Below, one piece after another: positions 61,495-64,000 of a DNA stretch of 64,000 bases (position 1 is the stretch's first letter; every line of letters begins with the position of its first letter). The notes under the pieces were generated by a model. That model made no database searches. It was not told the origin of the DNA and worked only from the letters and a program-made list of their open reading frames with translations. The stretch is from Leucoraja ocellata (taxonomy: Eukaryota), in contig JAWMAR010000152.1 in assembly GCA_036785375.1 (NCBI GenBank), positions 2,418,001 to 2,482,000 on the forward strand, given 5' to 3'. The translations under genes were made by a program, and so were the position numbers.

Positions 61495-61830
61495 AGAGAG
61501 TGGATGTGGAGAGGATGTTTCCACTAGTGGGAGAGTCTAGGACCACAGGTTAAAGCTTCAGAAGTAAAGGACGCTCCTTCAAGAAGGAGATGAGGAGGAA
61601 TTTATTCAGTCAGAGGGTGGTGATCTGTGGAATTCTTTGTGGAGGCCAGAAGTCCGTGGATATTTTTAAGGCAGAGATAGATAGATTCTTGATTAGTGCG
61701 GGTGTCGGGGGTTATGGGGAGAAGGCAGGAGAATGGGGTTAGGAGGGAGAGAGAGATCAGCCATGATTGAATGGCGGAGTAGACTTGATGGGCCGAATGA
61801 CCTAATTCTGCCGCTATCACTTATGATCTG
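61495..61830 (+). mobile_element. CR1/HER1-type LINE 3' end
   Basis: gagagtctaggaccac..ttcagtcagagggtgg..gatgggccgaatg. Confidence 0.75.
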
Positions 61831-62176
61831 ATGAACGTATTGCCACTGTCTACATTATTTTGTTTTAGCATTAGCTGTGCATAGAGGTAAAGCAGCGGGC
61901 AGCATGGCTCTCCTCGCTGTGGTTTTCTGTTGCCCAGTGAGACACAGACTTAACCCTTACCTTAGACCTGAGCACAAACTCAGACCAATCTCTCCAGAGC
62001 TCGGCATCTGGCCTCTGCTACTCCAGTTGTGTTTCTTGTGCTCCTTGAGTACCTATCCCTTGCTCGCTTATTGTACATGTCTCAAGAGCACGCTACTCGT
62101 TGCCCAGTCGATCTCTGTGCCCATTTGGATTTGAGGGTAGGGGGTGCTTGGTAAATGGGAGGCAGAAAAGATAAAG

Positions 62177-62467
62177 AATAAGAATAAGGAGTAAGCCATT
62201 TAGAACGGAGACGAGGAAACACTTTTTCTCACAGAGAGTGGTGAGTCTGTGGAATTCTCTGCCTCACAGGGCGGTGGAGGCCGGTTCTCTGGATGCTTTC
62301 AAGAGAGAGCTAGATAGGGCTCTTAAAAATAGCGGAGTCAGGGGATATGGGGAGAAGGCAGGAACGGGGTACTGATTGGGGATGATCAGCCATGATCACA
62401 TTGAATGGCGGTGCTGGCTCGAAGGGCCGAATGGCCTCTACTCCTGCACCTATTGTCTATTGTCTAT
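62177..62467 (+). mobile_element. Young CR1/HER1-type LINE 3' end
   Basis: Highly similar to the reverse complement of 42.55-42.8 kb, with (ttgtcta)n tail. Confidence 0.85.
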
Positions 62468-62844
62468 AAAGGTAGGGCAAGCAATACACTCACACGTTGA
62501 TACCTGAAGAGTGATGTTGTTTGTTGAAAGTCAAGTGAGATGGGACTCGTGTGTTACAATTTGATGCCATTGTGATTATTTTGAGATATACTGTAAGTAC
62601 GCACTCATTTCTCCCACCACCCTAGTCACCCTGTTCCTTCCCCTCCTCCATATGCACATCTCCCATCCCCAAGCTCCATATTTCCCGTTTATCTCCCCTT
62701 TCCCTCCCCCTATCCTTTTCCTACGGCTTTACATTTCATCCTTCCTCTCTCCTTATCTAACATACCTTTCTCTCCTTTTCACCTCTAGATCCACCCATCT
62801 GCTGATCAACCTCCCCTCCTCGCCTGTCTCCATCTATCGATAAA

Positions 62845-63275
62845 GGGCCCTGACACAAAATCCATGTTCTCCAGAGATGTCACCTGACGTGCTGAGCTAC
62901 TCCAGCACTGTGTCTTTTGGAAAACTGGCATCTGCAGTTCATGGTGTCCTCACCGATCACTTGCCCGGCTTTGCCCAACTCCCACCTCTCATTGTTTAAG
63001 AAGGAACTGCAGATGCTGGAAAATCGAAGGTACACAAAAGTGCTGGAGAAACTCAGTGGGTGTGGCAGCCGCACCCGCTGAGTTTCTCCAGCACTTTTGT
63101 CTCCCCACCTCTCCTTTCCACCTTTCTCCCGTCCCACTACATCAGTCTGAAGAAGTGTCCCAACCCAAAAGGTCGCCTGTCCATTCCCCTCCGCAGATGC
63201 TGCCTGACTCATTGAGTTTCTCCAGCACTTTGTTTTTTGCTCAAGATGACAGCATCTGCAGTTTCTTGTGTCTGC
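62845..63275. mobile_element. Cluster of Penelope-like pLTR copies
   Basis: Fold-back copy at 62993-63101 (aaaagtgctggagaaactcag / ctgagtttctccagcactttt) and plus copy cagtctgaagaag... at 63143-63275. Confidence 0.6.
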
Positions 63276-63407
63276 CAAGTATCTTGGATCAAGTGTAAAG
63301 TGTGACTTTAATATCAGAGGGATTTGCTTCAGTGATGCTAGACTGTGCTCTTAACATCCGTTGGATGTGAGGCTGGTACTAATGCATGTCTCTCTTCTGT
63401 TGCACAG

Positions 63408-63522
63408 CCTGGTAAGGTCGACCCCCCAACTACACACAGCTTCAAGGAGAAGACATTTAAGAAGAAGAAGCACTGTGTAGCCTGCAAGCAGCCGATCACG
63501 TCCCAGGGGATCTTATGTCGTG
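63408..63522 (+). CDS. TNS2: Tensin C1-domain exon, PGKVDPPTTHSFKEKTFKKKKHCVACKQPITSQGILCR(+G)
   Basis: Branch point TACTAAT at 63377-63383, pyrimidine tract, CAG acceptor (AG 63406-63407), 115 bp, G|GTAGGT donor. The H-x12-C-x2-C-x10-C pattern is the first half of a C1 domain. HSFKEK.F.KK resembles TNS2 (human PRKAEPHSFREKVFRKK, from recall) more than TNS1/TNS3. Confidence 0.85.
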
Positions 63523-63654
63523 GTAGGTGAAGCCCTGGCAGCAGAATTTCTGCCAATTCCTGAAACTTCAAACTGTTTTCCGAGGGGAACGAATCCGTCG
63601 GTGTCAGACACTGGTTCAGTTTTCTCATCGGTTGTCTTTTGGGAGAGGCATTAT

Positions 63655-63865
63655 ACTGTGGAATTCTCTGCACAGAAGGCAGTGGAGGCCAATTCACTAG
63701 ATGTATTCAAGAGAGAGTTAGGGCTAACGGAATCAAGGGATATGGGGAGAAGGGAGGAACGGGGTACTGATTTTGGATATTCAGCCATGATCATATTGAA
63801 TGACGGTGCTGGCTCGAAGGGCTGAATGGCCTCCTCCTGCACCTGTTGTCTATGTTTCTATGTCT
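63655..63865 (+). mobile_element. CR1/HER1-type LINE 3' end
   Basis: QKAVEANSLDVFKREL and tctatgtttctatg tail. Confidence 0.8.
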
Positions 63866-64000
63866 GTCCTCTCAGGTGGATGTGGTGCCCTCTTAAAGAA
63901 GAGCAGGGGAGTCCTGGACTCATTTCCGACATGACACCTGTAACCTCAAGTCACCTCAATGGCTGCAAAGGACTTTGGGGCTCTCTGACAGGAAGGTGAA

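Noticed and set aside
23-63842. Six-frame ORFs of 60-180 aa as stand-alone genes
   Set aside because: They are chance ORFs or read through SINE/LINE/pLTR relics and low-complexity DNA. Only 63345-63530 (C1 exon) and possibly 32517-32891, 53832-54263 and 24265-24477 overlap plausible exons.

Overview
Vertebrate genomic DNA, most likely from a cartilaginous fish (skate/ray-like). This is inferred from the repeat content: HE1/V-SINE-type tRNA SINEs, CR1/HER1-type LINE ends, DeuSINE-like relics and Penelope-like repeats. The window is essentially the 5' end of a plus-strand tensin gene, probably TNS2. A first coding exon at 116-214 (MGCSISLDCC..., a myristoylation/palmitoylation-type N-terminus) is followed by a ~63 kb intron. 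The exon encoding the first half of the C1 zinc finger lies at 63408-63522, and several phase-0 candidate alternative first exons lie in between. None of the supplied six-frame ORFs is a complete gene. The most notable intronic elements are: a 2.5 kb non-autonomous Helitron carrying two promoter-plus-splice-donor cassettes in the gene's orientation; many Penelope-like pLTR copies with minimal hammerhead-ribozyme motifs and fold-back structure; a Tigger MITE resembling mammalian MER47/Tigger5; hAT and palindromic MITEs; and an unexplained CpG-rich island built around a 33-bp-stem hairpin at 19.9-20.0 kb. Family and orthology assignments come from recall of known motifs, not from database searches.
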